Below, one piece after another: positions 28,309 through 37,879 of a DNA stretch of 64,000 bases. The position numbers were made by a program, and so were the translations under genes. The DNA comes from Vulcanimicrobiales bacterium (lineage in GTDB: Bacteria; Vulcanimicrobiota; Vulcanimicrobiia; Vulcanimicrobiales; Vulcanimicrobiaceae): positions 1 to 64,000 of the forward strand of contig JBBRLI010000001.1 of assembly GCA_038231455.1 (NCBI GenBank), read 5' to 3'. Numbering within the stretch: position 1 is the first letter of the stretch; each line of letters starts with the position of its first letter. The notes under the pieces are model-generated. The model worked only from the letters and a program-made list of their open reading frames with translations. It did not search any database and was not told where the DNA came from.

Positions 28309-29405
28309 GAGAGGCGTGAATCCGTTGGGAGGGTCAGCGTGAGGCGCGTTCCACTTGTCGCATCGCAAAGCATCGTTCCGCCGAGTGCCTCGATACGCTC
28401 CCGCATGCCGGCAAGGCCATTGCCTTCAACGATTTTGCTTGACCCCCGCCCGTCGTCCGCGATCTCAAAGCGGCATTGGCCCCGTGACTGCGCGAGGCGC
28501 AACTGGACGGCATGGGCATCAGCATGCCGGACGACGTTGGTAACCGCTTCGCGAATCGCAAGCGCGAGAACGCCCTCGTGTGTTGGTGGCAGACGCACCG
28601 GTTCGGCTAGCGCGTCGACGCGCAAGCCGGCCCCTTCCAGCACCGTGCGCGCGTGATCGATCTCCGCGGCGATCCCCGCCGAGCGGTAGCCGGTGATTGC
28701 CTCGCGCAGTTCTTGCAACGCACCGCGCGCGATCGACTCGACATCGCGAATTTCAACGGCGGCTTTCTGTGGATCGCGATCGGCGAGTTTGCTCGCAAGC
28801 TCGCTTTTAAGGACGATGAGCGAGAGCGTGTGGCCGAGGACATCGTGCATGTCACGTGCGATCCGCTCGCGCTCGGCTACTTGCGTCAACCGTTCGACGT
28901 GATCGTATGCAAGTTGAAGTTTTGTATTTGCACGGGCATCTTCGGCGCTGCGAATGTTCGACACGCCGACGATCGAAGAAAAGACCAGGGCCATGGTCCA
29001 GCTGAAAATCACGTCGTGCAAGACGAGCGCCGAGACGAGCGGGATCGAAACGCAGTAGACGAGTAGGACCAGCCACGCACGACGTCCGGGAATGGCATAT
29101 CCGATCATACCGGCGCCGAAGACGAAAAACGAACTCGCACCGACGTTGAACGTCATCACCCACGTCCCGATGGCATAGATGGCGACGATGATTGGAAGAC
29201 GCAGCGGGTGCGGACCATCGAGTCGGTAGAGCGAGAAAAGATACAGCGCGAGAAAGACGACCGTCGCCGCACCGGCCTCGAGATATTGGACCCGAGGCGC
29301 GTGGCTCAGGATCGGGTCGACCGGCAACCACAGGAGATACGCGAGCCACAGCAGCGGCACCCAGCTTGTCTTGTTCGCGGGTGCCGCGCAGTCGGCATTA
29401 GCCAT
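28305..29405 (-). CDS. DesK-like HisKA_3 sensor kinase
   Basis: About 5 transmembrane helices; ERERIARDMHDVLGHTLS, REAVTNVVRH, DDGRG, GNGLAGMRER. Confidence 0.92.
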   Translation of the reverse strand: MANADCAAPANKTSWVPLLWLAYLLWLPVDPILSHAPRVQYLEAGAATVVFLALYLFSLYRLDGPHPLRLPIIVAIYAIGTWVMTFNVGASSFFVFGAGMIGYAIPGRRAWLVLLVYCVSIPLVSALVLHDVIFSWTMALVFSSIVGVSNIRSAEDARANTKLQLAYDHVERLTQVAERERIARDMHDVLGHTLSLIVLKSELASKLADRDPQKAAVEIRDVESIARGALQELREAITGYRSAGIAAEIDHARTVLEGAGLRVDALAEPVRLPPTHEGVLALAIREAVTNVVRHADAHAVQLRLAQSRGQCRFEIADDGRGSSKIVEGNGLAGMRERIEALGGTMLCDATSGTRLTLTLPTDSRLS

Positions 29406-30159
29406 AGGTCTCGCCTTCGTCGCGGCGATACGCAAAGGCTGCCACGCTCAGCGCCGCGGCGGTGAAGGCCAAGAGCACGAGAACGTGCAGGTACCAAGGC
29501 TGCGGACTTTGGACGCCGATTGTCGAGAGGGCGAGTTGACCCAGATGATAGGCGGGCATGAACGGCGCGATCTGCTGAATCACGGGTGGGAGAGCGTTGA
29601 CCGGCAGCCACAATCCCGAGATGAATGACATCGGAAGGTTGATCACGTTGATCACGGCGACGGCGGAGTTCGGACTGATGAGATACCCCAGCGCCAAGCC
29701 CATCGCACAGAACGGTAACGCGCCGATGACCAGCGCTCCGCCGAGTTGCAACCAGGTCAGCGCGGCGAGGTGCACGCCTCCGAAAAGCGCCCCCATCGCA
29801 AAGAGTAGGCCGACGACGATCGCGGAGAACGCCGTCGCTGAAATCAGTTTCGCGACGAAGTACGCGAGTGGCGGCATCGGCGATGCGCGTTTGAGTAAGA
29901 GCCACCCGGCACCGCGCTCGAGCGCCACGCTCACGCCGAATCCGAAGAGCGAGGCCCCGACGACGCCGAACGCTCCGTACGTCGCAAGCAGGTAGGTCGA
30001 CAAACTCAAACCATTATTGTGCAGTCCCGACATCAAGCCGAAGAACGCGTAGAACATGAGCGGGAATCCGAGCGTCGCGATGGCATAGGCCGGGCGCCGC
30101 AACTGTTTGAGAAATTCGAATTTCGTTTCGAGGGCGTAGATGTTCGCAACGTTCGTCAT
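29398..30159 (-). CDS. ABC-2 exporter permease (YvfS-like)
   Basis: Six transmembrane helices, ALERGAGW, SGLWLP; same operon as the ATPase. Confidence 0.88.
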   Translation of the reverse strand: MTNVANIYALETKFEFLKQLRRPAYAIATLGFPLMFYAFFGLMSGLHNNGLSLSTYLLATYGAFGVVGASLFGFGVSVALERGAGWLLLKRASPMPPLAYFVAKLISATAFSAIVVGLLFAMGALFGGVHLAALTWLQLGGALVIGALPFCAMGLALGYLISPNSAVAVINVINLPMSFISGLWLPVNALPPVIQQIAPFMPAYHLGQLALSTIGVQSPQPWYLHVLVLLAFTAAALSVAAFAYRRDEGETYG

Positions 30160-30884
30160 GAGATCGCCTCCAATGTATCAACACGAGTGAGTGCAAGATA
30201 CGCGGCCTCGAGTTCGGCCGTCCCGGCACGCGCTTTAATTGCATCGGGCGTGCCGTCGGCAACGATCCTACCGCGCGAGATCAGCGCGATGCGGTCGGCG
30301 AGGGCGTCGGCTTCATGCAAGTGATGCGTCGTGAAAACGATCGTCTTACCGCGGTTTTTCAAAATCCGGATTTGTTCCCAAAGAGCGACGCGCGATTCGA
30401 TGTCTAAACTTGCTGTCGGTTCGTCGAGCACGAGCAGATCGGGATCCCCGCAGATCGCAAGGGCAAAGGCAAGGCGCTGACGTTGCCCGCCGGAGAGGCG
30501 CTCCGAGCGCCGACTCGCAAGAGACTCGAGATCGGCCAGCTTAAGCGTTTCCTCGATCGCAAGCGGCCTCACATAATAGGACGAAAACAGCGTGATGTGT
30601 TCGCGCACGGTCATGCCCGCGGGCATCTCCGCGATCTGCAACATCGTGCCAATCCGAAGGCGGGCATCCGAGTCGCGTGGATCCCGATCGAAGACGCGTA
30701 CCTCACCCGTGCTCGGCTTCGCTAAGCCAAGGATCATCCGAATCATTGTGGTTTTGCCGGCGCCGTTTGGCCCGAGAACGGCGAGCGTTTGCCCGGCCGG
30801 AACGTTGAGCGTGCAATCACGCACCGCGACGATTCCGCCGGGGTAAACTTTACTAACGCCGATCAGTCGAATGGGATCGTTCAT
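30156..30884 (-). CDS. ABC exporter ATP-binding protein (YvfR-like)
   Basis: GPNGAGKT, LSGGQ, LDEPT, H-loop. Confidence 0.93.
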   Translation of the reverse strand: MNDPIRLIGVSKVYPGGIVAVRDCTLNVPAGQTLAVLGPNGAGKTTMIRMILGLAKPSTGEVRVFDRDPRDSDARLRIGTMLQIAEMPAGMTVREHITLFSSYYVRPLAIEETLKLADLESLASRRSERLSGGQRQRLAFALAICGDPDLLVLDEPTASLDIESRVALWEQIRILKNRGKTIVFTTHHLHEADALADRIALISRGRIVADGTPDAIKARAGTAELEAAYLALTRVDTLEAIS

Positions 30885-30953
30885 GGAATTACCTCCGCCG
30901 CCATCGTCGCATGGTGGCCGAGGCCGAGGTAGTAGCGCCTGTCAGGCAACCGA

Positions 30954-30969
30954 TATGACGCTTGTCATA
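30954..30969. promoter_or_regulatory. Palindrome, candidate response-regulator operator
   Basis: TATGAC-GCTT-GTCATA about 70 bp upstream of the ABC-DesKR operon, with a further TGTCA half-site at 30940. Confidence 0.5.
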
Positions 30970-31097
30970 CTGGCGAATACCGCGCGCCACACCAAGTAAC
31001 GTTCGTCCTTGGCCAACAACTCTTTTGGAACTCGCGCTTCGCACAAGGCGTCAAAGAGGGTTGAACTGTTCCATTTTCTTTTCTTGAAGGTGTATTA

Positions 31098-31475
31098 ATG
31101 AGCGCTGAGTCTACTGACGACCGCATTTTCGATATGGATCGTGCGCAACTCGATGCTTTCCCGGACGGCGTGATCACGCTCGATCGTTCGGGGATCATCA
31201 AACGCTATAACAAGACCGAGGCCACGCTCGCTCGCCGTGAAGGCGAGGACACACTCGGCCTCAACTTCTTTACCGACGTTGCACCGTGTACGGCCGTGCA
31301 AGATTTCAAAGGCCGCTTCGATACCTTCGCACTCGACAAAGGCGCCGGCGTCGAGCGATTCGATTTCACGTTTCGCTTCGCATGGGGTCGCCAAGACGTC
31401 GGGATTACGATGATCCGACGCGCTGGCAGCGACGACATCAACGTGCTGGTCTCACGGCGGTCCGAAAAAGCCTAG
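31098..31475 (+). CDS. pyp: Photoactive yellow protein homolog (PAS fold)
   Basis: 125 aa; YNKTE (Y42/E46 equivalents), R52 equivalent, GLNFFTDVAPCT (chromophore Cys69), FDFTF. Confidence 0.85.
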   Translation: MSAESTDDRIFDMDRAQLDAFPDGVITLDRSGIIKRYNKTEATLARREGEDTLGLNFFTDVAPCTAVQDFKGRFDTFALDKGAGVERFDFTFRFAWGRQDVGITMIRRAGSDDINVLVSRRSEKA

Positions 31476-31491
31476 CCAGAAAAAGCTCTCC

Positions 31492-31524
31492 AAAAAGCCT
31501 CGCGAACTCGCGGGGCTTTTTTTT
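31492..31524 (+). terminator. Intrinsic terminator after pyp
   Basis: AAAAAGCCTCGCG-AACT-CGCGGGGC-T8. Confidence 0.85.
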
Positions 31525-31632
31525 CGTGTGAGGTACGTCCGCTCGCGTCTCACACGATTCTCATATCGCGAGGGGTACGTGCGAAGGGTCGAAACCGCGA
31601 CGTACCACCACATCACCCGAAAGGAGTGCGCA

Positions 31633-32646
31633 ATGCGTAAATCACCGTGGACGGCGCTCGCACTGGTCCTCGCGCTGAGCGGCTGCAACGCTGCCGGAAG
31701 CAGCGCCCCGGCAAATTCCGACCAACCCGCCTCGGGAGCGCTGTTCGCGCCGAACGGAACGCGCTCGATCGCTGGAACATCCGGGACGGTCGTTCTCTTT
31801 CACGAGTTCAAGACCGAGTGTGATACCGATCAGCAAGACACCGACCGCGACGGTCCAAAAAATGAACCGGCGTTCATCGATGCCGCACAAGACCCGATTC
31901 TCTTTGCGGGTCAAGCAAATCCGCCGATGCAGCACGTTCACACGTTCTGGGGCAACCTTGCGGTCAATCCGAACGTCGACGCCGCCACTCTGCTCGCATC
32001 GCCGAGTACCTGCAACATGGTCGGCGGCCATCAAGCGTGGTGGATCCCGCAAGCCTCGATCGACGGTGCGCCGGTTCATCCCAAATCGATCGTTGTTTAC
32101 TACAAGATGGGACCTGACGGCTTCGCCGCGCACGTAACGCCGTTCGCGAACGGGAACCGCATTTTAGCTGGCAAATCGACGCAAACCGAAGCAGACTTCG
32201 CACAGATCGGCAATTGGACGTGCGGCAATCTGCCGCGCACCTCCGATGTCCCGGATGCCTGCCCGCCCGGCACGGATCTCGTCGTGCGTCTCAATGGGCC
32301 GCACTGCATGGCCGATGTCACGCAGACCGACAGTGCGACGCACCGCTCGCACATCGTCTATTCATCGGCAACCACGCACGCGTGCCCCGCCGATCATCCC
32401 ATCGCCGTTCCGATGCCGGTTTGGAAAATTTCGTACGCGGTGAACGGAAACAATCTCAAAAATCGACTGCGCTTCTCAGCGATGAATCCCGACGGTTCCG
32501 TCGGACCGGCCGGACGCGCGTGGTCGTTCCACGCCGATGAGATCTTTGCGTTCGATGCGGCACGCTTCGCTTATTTGGTCGACTACTGCATCAACGGCGG
32601 CCGTCAATGCCAACACACCGGCGACGGCCCGCACCTCACGCGCTAA
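31633..32646 (+). CDS. DUF1996-like lipoprotein
   Basis: Lipobox LSGC; DPILF..., HVHTFWGN, STC...WWIP, DSATHRSH, CPADHPIAVP, FHAD. Confidence 0.82.
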   Translation: MRKSPWTALALVLALSGCNAAGSSAPANSDQPASGALFAPNGTRSIAGTSGTVVLFHEFKTECDTDQQDTDRDGPKNEPAFIDAAQDPILFAGQANPPMQHVHTFWGNLAVNPNVDAATLLASPSTCNMVGGHQAWWIPQASIDGAPVHPKSIVVYYKMGPDGFAAHVTPFANGNRILAGKSTQTEADFAQIGNWTCGNLPRTSDVPDACPPGTDLVVRLNGPHCMADVTQTDSATHRSHIVYSSATTHACPADHPIAVPMPVWKISYAVNGNNLKNRLRFSAMNPDGSVGPAGRAWSFHADEIFAFDAARFAYLVDYCINGGRQCQHTGDGPHLTR

Positions 32647-32658
32647 CCCGGAGCAGCC

Positions 32659-34449
32659 ATGAAACGTCTTCTCGCTCTCGCCGCAATCGCGGTTTTCTCC
32701 GGCTGTTCCGGAGTCGGTACCGGCGGCACGGTTGCAACGGTTCGAACCGCCGATTCCAGATTTCGCGTATCGCAATCGCTCGGCGCGACAACCAGCGGCG
32801 AGAGCGCGTACCCAAGCGGCGTTCCCTGGCCGGTACCCGGCGTCATCGCTTTCGATAATTACGATCGGGGCGGTCGCGACGTCGGATACCACACCAATCT
32901 TACAAGTAATCCGGGCGGCGCGTACCGTCATGACGGCGTGGGAATTCAACAGACATCCGACACGATGTACGGCAACGGCTTCAACATCGGCTGGACGGAA
33001 AACGGCAACTGGTATCGATATACGGTGAACGTGGACCGCACGGCACGCTACGACCTCACCGTGCGGATTGCATCGGTGCGGGCCGCCGGGGGCGTGCCCG
33101 CATCACTCCATTTCGAAGACGAGTCGGGAACCAATTTGAGCGGCGCGATTGCCGTTCCGGTGACCGGGGGCTTCCAAACCTGGACGACACTTGCGACGGC
33201 CGTACAACTTACGGCCGGTAAACATACGATCGCAGCAGCCATCGATAGCGGGCATGCATCCTTCAATCTCAATACGATGACGTTCTCCACGCTTGCAACG
33301 TCGACGCCGACGCCCGTGCCGACCGCGAGCGCGGTTGCGACTCCGACTCCGGCACCCTCGACCTCACCATCGCCCTCGCCCCGACCGATGACGAGCGGTT
33401 TGCCAACGACAATCGTCAATAACAGCGGCATCGCCGGTTGGTTTTACGTCTTAGGCTCCGATGCCAGCGGCGTTCCAATGCATGTGCGCCCGGATGGCGT
33501 CGCGGTCGCCAATTCGCTTGGCGATCGTGACGTAACGGGTCACGTCGACTACGGCGTACCCCTTGCAGCGAACGGCACGACCCCGTTTACCTTTCCGCAT
33601 CTCAACGGGCGCCTCTACATCGCGCTCGGCAAGAAGCTCTCACTTTCCGTCAGTGTCGGAGCGAACGGACATGTCGGCGTCTCAACGCCAATCGGTTGGA
33701 ATCCAAAAGATTCCAACTATAGCGTGCTCCACGATTGGGTCGAGTATGCGTATAGCGGAACGACCTTCAATGTCAACGTGACGGGCGTCGACATGTACGG
33801 ATTGCCACTAAGCATGACACTCGACGGACGGACCACGCAGAAGTCGGGCAGCCTTCCCGGTGCGCGCGGAGCGATCTTCGCAGGGCTTCGAGCCGATCCA
33901 AATTTCGCCGGAACCGTGCTCTCGCAAGGCGGCATCGATCTGCGCGCGCTCTCTCCCGGCCACGCTGCCGATCTCGGGTTGTTTTCGAAAACCTATCTCG
34001 ACCCCTCGATCACCTCGGTGTGGGACTACTACACGACACATCCCTACATCATCGCGAACCAACCCGGCGTAAGCGGCAAAGTCAGCGCGGCTGGGGTGTT
34101 GGAATTCACGAAAGCCGGAGCCCCGTACATTTCGTTTGCGAAACCGACAACGCTCAATGTCTTCGGCTGCGATGGAGCGATCATCTCACCGAATACGCCT
34201 GCCGGAGGAATCGGTTCGGACCTGTGCGCGGCACTCAACCGCGGTACGGCGTTCGCAGCCTCACAACCCGATACGAATGCGGCCGACTTCTACCTCGCAC
34301 CGCTAACGAACGTGTACGCCCGCGTGATTCACAAGTCGAGCATCGGCGGAAAAGGCTACGGTTTTCCGTATGACGACAACGGCGGGTTCAGCTCGTTCAT
34401 CGCCGATGGCCAACCTCGCGCTTTTACGATCACGATCGAGCATCTGTAA
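32659..34449 (+). CDS. Lipoprotein beta-1,3-glucanase: CBM6-like module, PT linker, GH64 domain
   Basis: Lipobox FSGC; IGWTENGNWYRY and TGGFQTW (CBM6); HDWVEY, VNVTGVDM, AALNRG, TNVYARVIH, YGFPYDD (GH64). Confidence 0.85.
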   Translation: MKRLLALAAIAVFSGCSGVGTGGTVATVRTADSRFRVSQSLGATTSGESAYPSGVPWPVPGVIAFDNYDRGGRDVGYHTNLTSNPGGAYRHDGVGIQQTSDTMYGNGFNIGWTENGNWYRYTVNVDRTARYDLTVRIASVRAAGGVPASLHFEDESGTNLSGAIAVPVTGGFQTWTTLATAVQLTAGKHTIAAAIDSGHASFNLNTMTFSTLATSTPTPVPTASAVATPTPAPSTSPSPSPRPMTSGLPTTIVNNSGIAGWFYVLGSDASGVPMHVRPDGVAVANSLGDRDVTGHVDYGVPLAANGTTPFTFPHLNGRLYIALGKKLSLSVSVGANGHVGVSTPIGWNPKDSNYSVLHDWVEYAYSGTTFNVNVTGVDMYGLPLSMTLDGRTTQKSGSLPGARGAIFAGLRADPNFAGTVLSQGGIDLRALSPGHAADLGLFSKTYLDPSITSVWDYYTTHPYIIANQPGVSGKVSAAGVLEFTKAGAPYISFAKPTTLNVFGCDGAIISPNTPAGGIGSDLCAALNRGTAFAASQPDTNAADFYLAPLTNVYARVIHKSSIGGKGYGFPYDDNGGFSSFIADGQPRAFTITIEHL

Positions 34450-34596
34450 AGCTCGCGCGACCATTTCCGCTCGAGAAACGCGATAATCGCATCCGTACCC
34501 GAGAAAAATTCGGGAGCGGTGGGCGTGAGGTCATGCCGCCTGAACCGGGACCGGTTGCGAAAGATGCGCCCGACCCTCGAAGCGGAAACCTCTGGG

Positions 34597-35088
34597 ATGA
34601 TTGCCATTTGGCTCGGCCTCGCGATCGCGGTTGCAAACGCCAACCGCGCGCACACGATCGCCCGCGCCGATGTGGGAACCATCGTCGTGCATCACGGCGC
34701 CGCATGCTTCTCGGTTCAGAACGCGCGCCTCTTACCCGCGGCCATGCTCGTCGTCGTTTCGCCTCAAACGTCGCGTCCCGTCGGGCACGCTACGATCGTC
34801 GGTCCGCGCGCGGCTCGCGCCGAGCAATTCGATCGCGGCGCCACCGGATATGCCGTGCACGTCGTCGGGATGGCGAATGGAACGATCGCGATCGGGTTGA
34901 CAACGCGGGCCGCGAACCTTGGCGATGCTCGGGCAACGGCGTGCACCAGCTCCGAGGGCGTCCACCTGAATATTTGGGCGGGTCGGCCCAAAGCATCAAC
35001 ACGCCTCTGGCACGCGTATACATACCTGGGATACGACGTCGAGCCGACCTGCGCGCAGAGTGAGATGGGCGAATTCGAAGGAACGTAA
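34597..35088 (+). CDS. Hypothetical secreted protein
   Basis: Hydrophobic N-terminus; conserved-looking C-terminus CTSSEGVHLNIW...WHAYTYLGYDVEPTC. Confidence 0.6.
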   Translation: MIAIWLGLAIAVANANRAHTIARADVGTIVVHHGAACFSVQNARLLPAAMLVVVSPQTSRPVGHATIVGPRAARAEQFDRGATGYAVHVVGMANGTIAIGLTTRAANLGDARATACTSSEGVHLNIWAGRPKASTRLWHAYTYLGYDVEPTCAQSEMGEFEGT

Positions 35089-35176
35089 TTCCACCCACGC
35101 GTCGACGCGACGGAAAGAGTTTTCATCAGAAAGTGGAATCCGATGCAATGAATAGAGCGCTTTGCGGAGGAAATCG

Positions 35177-37108
35177 GTGAAAAACGATGCTGAGGGTGTC
35201 AAACGGCGTTCCTTTTTAGCGGGTATCGCAACCGCGGCAAGCGCTGCTGCGACCGCCGGCGCCAAGCCCGCTCACGCAGCGGTCGCCGCCCCCTTAAAAC
35301 GCGGGCCGCTCTCGCCGCGCGAGATTGCATTAGAGATGGATCCCGTGCCGGCGGTGACGGAGGGCGAACACGTCACGCGCGCCGGCTCGGACTATATGGT
35401 CGACGTCTTCAAGAGTCTGGGAATGACGTACATCGCCTCGATGCCGGGCTCCACGTTTCGCGGGATCCAAGAATCGTTCGTCAACTACGGCGGCAACACC
35501 AAGCCGGAGTGGATCACCGTGCTGCACGAAGAGATTTCGGGAGCGATGGCACACGGCTACGCAAAAGCCGCAGGGAAGCCGATGGCGATCATCGTGCACA
35601 ATACCGTCGGTCTTCAGCACGCCTCGATGGCACTCTACAACGCATGGGCCGACCGCGTGCCGATCTTCGTACTCGTCGGGAACGTCGCTGACGCCTCCAC
35701 CCGCAGGCCGGGTGCTGAGTGGAACCACTCGGCAATCGACATCGCAGAACTCGTGCGCGGCTACATCAAGTACGACGACTCGCCGGCTTCGCTCGTGCAT
35801 TTCCGCGAATCGGTTCAGCGGGCGTATTCGATCATGATGACGCCGCCGATGGGTGCGAGCATGATCGTCGTCGATGGAGATCTCGCCGAGACACCGATGC
35901 GTGGACCGGCACCGGCGATTCCCGTACGGCACGAAGTACGCGCACCGGTTGCCGATCCGCAGACGATAACGACACTCGCGACGATGCTGGTCAACGCGAG
36001 CGATCCCGTGCTCGTGAGCGGGCGACACGCACGCACCCCACAGGGGATGGCGAATCTCGTACGTCTTGCCGAGCTGTTGCAGGCGCCGACGATCGATCAA
36101 CTCGGCCGCATGAATTTCCCGACCGATCACTACCTGAACCAATCCTACAATCCAGCGGTGATTCGCTCGGCCGACGTCATCGTAAATTTGGAAAACGACA
36201 ATCTCTTCGGCGTCGTCGGCGACGTGCTCGATCATGTCGAGCGATCGACGCGCATGAAGATCAAGACCGGAACCAAGGTCGTCGATATCAATTCCGAACT
36301 GCTTGCCGGGGGCGGCAACTATCAAGATAAACAGCGCTACTTCTCACCCGATCTGTCCATCGCCGCCGATGCTGAGGCAACGTTGCCGCAACTCATCGCC
36401 GCCGTCGAAAGCGCGCTGACGAGTGAGCGCCGCGCGCAGAATACGGCGCGCGCGGAAAAATGGCGGAGTGCCTTTACCGCACGTCGGCTTGCCGACAAAG
36501 AAGATGCGGCCGTGGGCTGGGAGGGAACGCCGATCAGCGTACCGCGCATGTGCATGGAGATTTGGAATGCCATCGCGCACGAAGATTGGTCGCTCGTTTC
36601 GATGACGACGTTTCTGAGTGCGTGGCCGCAGCGGCTGTGGGATATGAATCAACACCACCAGTACATCGGCCACGCCGGAGGAGCAGGCGTCGGCTATCAA
36701 CTCGGCGCTGCGGTCGGAGCGGCGCTCGCAAATAAAGAGCGCGGTCGACTCTCCGTCAATATCGTCGGAGATGGCGAATTCAATTGCATGCCGGGCGCCC
36801 TGTGGACGCTCGCCCATCACCGCATACCGCTGCTCACCATCATCCACAATAACCGCGCATGGCATCAGGAACTGATGCACGTGACGCGCGTTGCCGACCG
36901 TCGCGATCGCAATCCCGCCGGGGCCTCGATCGGAACGACAATGGACGACCCCGCGATCGACTATGCCAAAGTCTCGCAGGGGTTCGGGGTGTACGCCGAA
37001 GGTCCGATCACCGATCCGTCGCGCCTTGCAGCGGCGATCGCGCGCGCCGTCAAAGTCGTCAAAGCGGGCCAACCGGCGTTGCTCGACGTCCTCACGCAGG
37101 GGAGATAA
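35177..37108 (+). CDS. Thiamine-diphosphate-dependent enzyme (ALS/benzoylformate decarboxylase superfamily) with Tat signal
   Basis: KRRSFLAG twin-arginine leader; LHEE catalytic Glu; GDGE...HNN ThDP motif. Confidence 0.88.
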   Translation: MKNDAEGVKRRSFLAGIATAASAAATAGAKPAHAAVAAPLKRGPLSPREIALEMDPVPAVTEGEHVTRAGSDYMVDVFKSLGMTYIASMPGSTFRGIQESFVNYGGNTKPEWITVLHEEISGAMAHGYAKAAGKPMAIIVHNTVGLQHASMALYNAWADRVPIFVLVGNVADASTRRPGAEWNHSAIDIAELVRGYIKYDDSPASLVHFRESVQRAYSIMMTPPMGASMIVVDGDLAETPMRGPAPAIPVRHEVRAPVADPQTITTLATMLVNASDPVLVSGRHARTPQGMANLVRLAELLQAPTIDQLGRMNFPTDHYLNQSYNPAVIRSADVIVNLENDNLFGVVGDVLDHVERSTRMKIKTGTKVVDINSELLAGGGNYQDKQRYFSPDLSIAADAEATLPQLIAAVESALTSERRAQNTARAEKWRSAFTARRLADKEDAAVGWEGTPISVPRMCMEIWNAIAHEDWSLVSMTTFLSAWPQRLWDMNQHHQYIGHAGGAGVGYQLGAAVGAALANKERGRLSVNIVGDGEFNCMPGALWTLAHHRIPLLTIIHNNRAWHQELMHVTRVADRRDRNPAGASIGTTMDDPAIDYAKVSQGFGVYAEGPITDPSRLAAAIARAVKVVKAGQPALLDVLTQGR

Positions 37109-37111
37109 GCG

Positions 37112-37726
37112 ATGCGCATCATGGGATTGTCCGCGCTCGGCGTACTCATCACCGCGATCGTGGCCTTCAGCGGTGCCGCACCTGCGGCCGATTCACCGGG
37201 GAAGACGCTCTTCTCCGTCAACGGCTGTACGCAGTGTCACGGCACGCTCGGGCAAGGAAACAAATCGGCCGGCGTGCGCCTCGCGCCGCATCCTCTTCCG
37301 TACGCGGCATTTGTGAGTCAGTTGCGCAAACCGCGCGGCGAGATGCCGCCATACAGCGCGCATCTCGTGAGCGATCGCGACGTAGCCGCGATGTATGCGT
37401 ATCTGGAATCGATTCATGACGGCAAAACGGCAGCGCAGATTCCGCTCCTCGCTGCGGTCGGATTCGGCAACGCCGGAAAGCCTTCGGCGCTCGACGGTCT
37501 CGCTGCGGGGCGCACGATTTTCGCGCAAAACTGCGCAAGCTGTCACGGTGCCGCGGGCGTTGGTGGCGGGCTCGGGCCTGCGCTCACCGGCGAGCGGACG
37601 CGCAAGAATCTCGCAGCGACGGTGGCGTTTATCAAGCATCCGGTCGCACCGATGCCCGCACTCTTCCCAAGCAAGCTCAGCGAACGCGATGTCGCAGACC
37701 TCGCAGCATACGTTCAATCGCTTTAA
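37112..37726 (+). CDS. Di-heme c-type cytochrome
   Basis: Sec-pathway signal peptide; CTQCH and CASCH, each with a downstream MP axial Met; 3 bp after the ThDP gene. Confidence 0.9.
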   Translation: MRIMGLSALGVLITAIVAFSGAAPAADSPGKTLFSVNGCTQCHGTLGQGNKSAGVRLAPHPLPYAAFVSQLRKPRGEMPPYSAHLVSDRDVAAMYAYLESIHDGKTAAQIPLLAAVGFGNAGKPSALDGLAAGRTIFAQNCASCHGAAGVGGGLGPALTGERTRKNLAATVAFIKHPVAPMPALFPSKLSERDVADLAAYVQSL

Positions 37727-37879
37727 GCCACGCGCATGCGACGCTCCGCGCTCAACCGATTAGTCCGACGTTAAAGTACGGTGTGTAAACGGTCACCTCG
37801 GCAGTGAATAGAAAGGCGAAGCCGAGCTGACGGCGCAGAAGCTCAGGAATCTTCTCCCCGACTTTCGATCGTGGGTCTT

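Noticed and set aside
37790-37870. GGCGAA...GGCGCAGAAGC upstream of the S8 operon, reminiscent of a c-di-GMP-I riboswitch
   Set aside because: No GNRA-capped P2 and no convincing P3 or receptor; similarity too weak without an Infernal scan.
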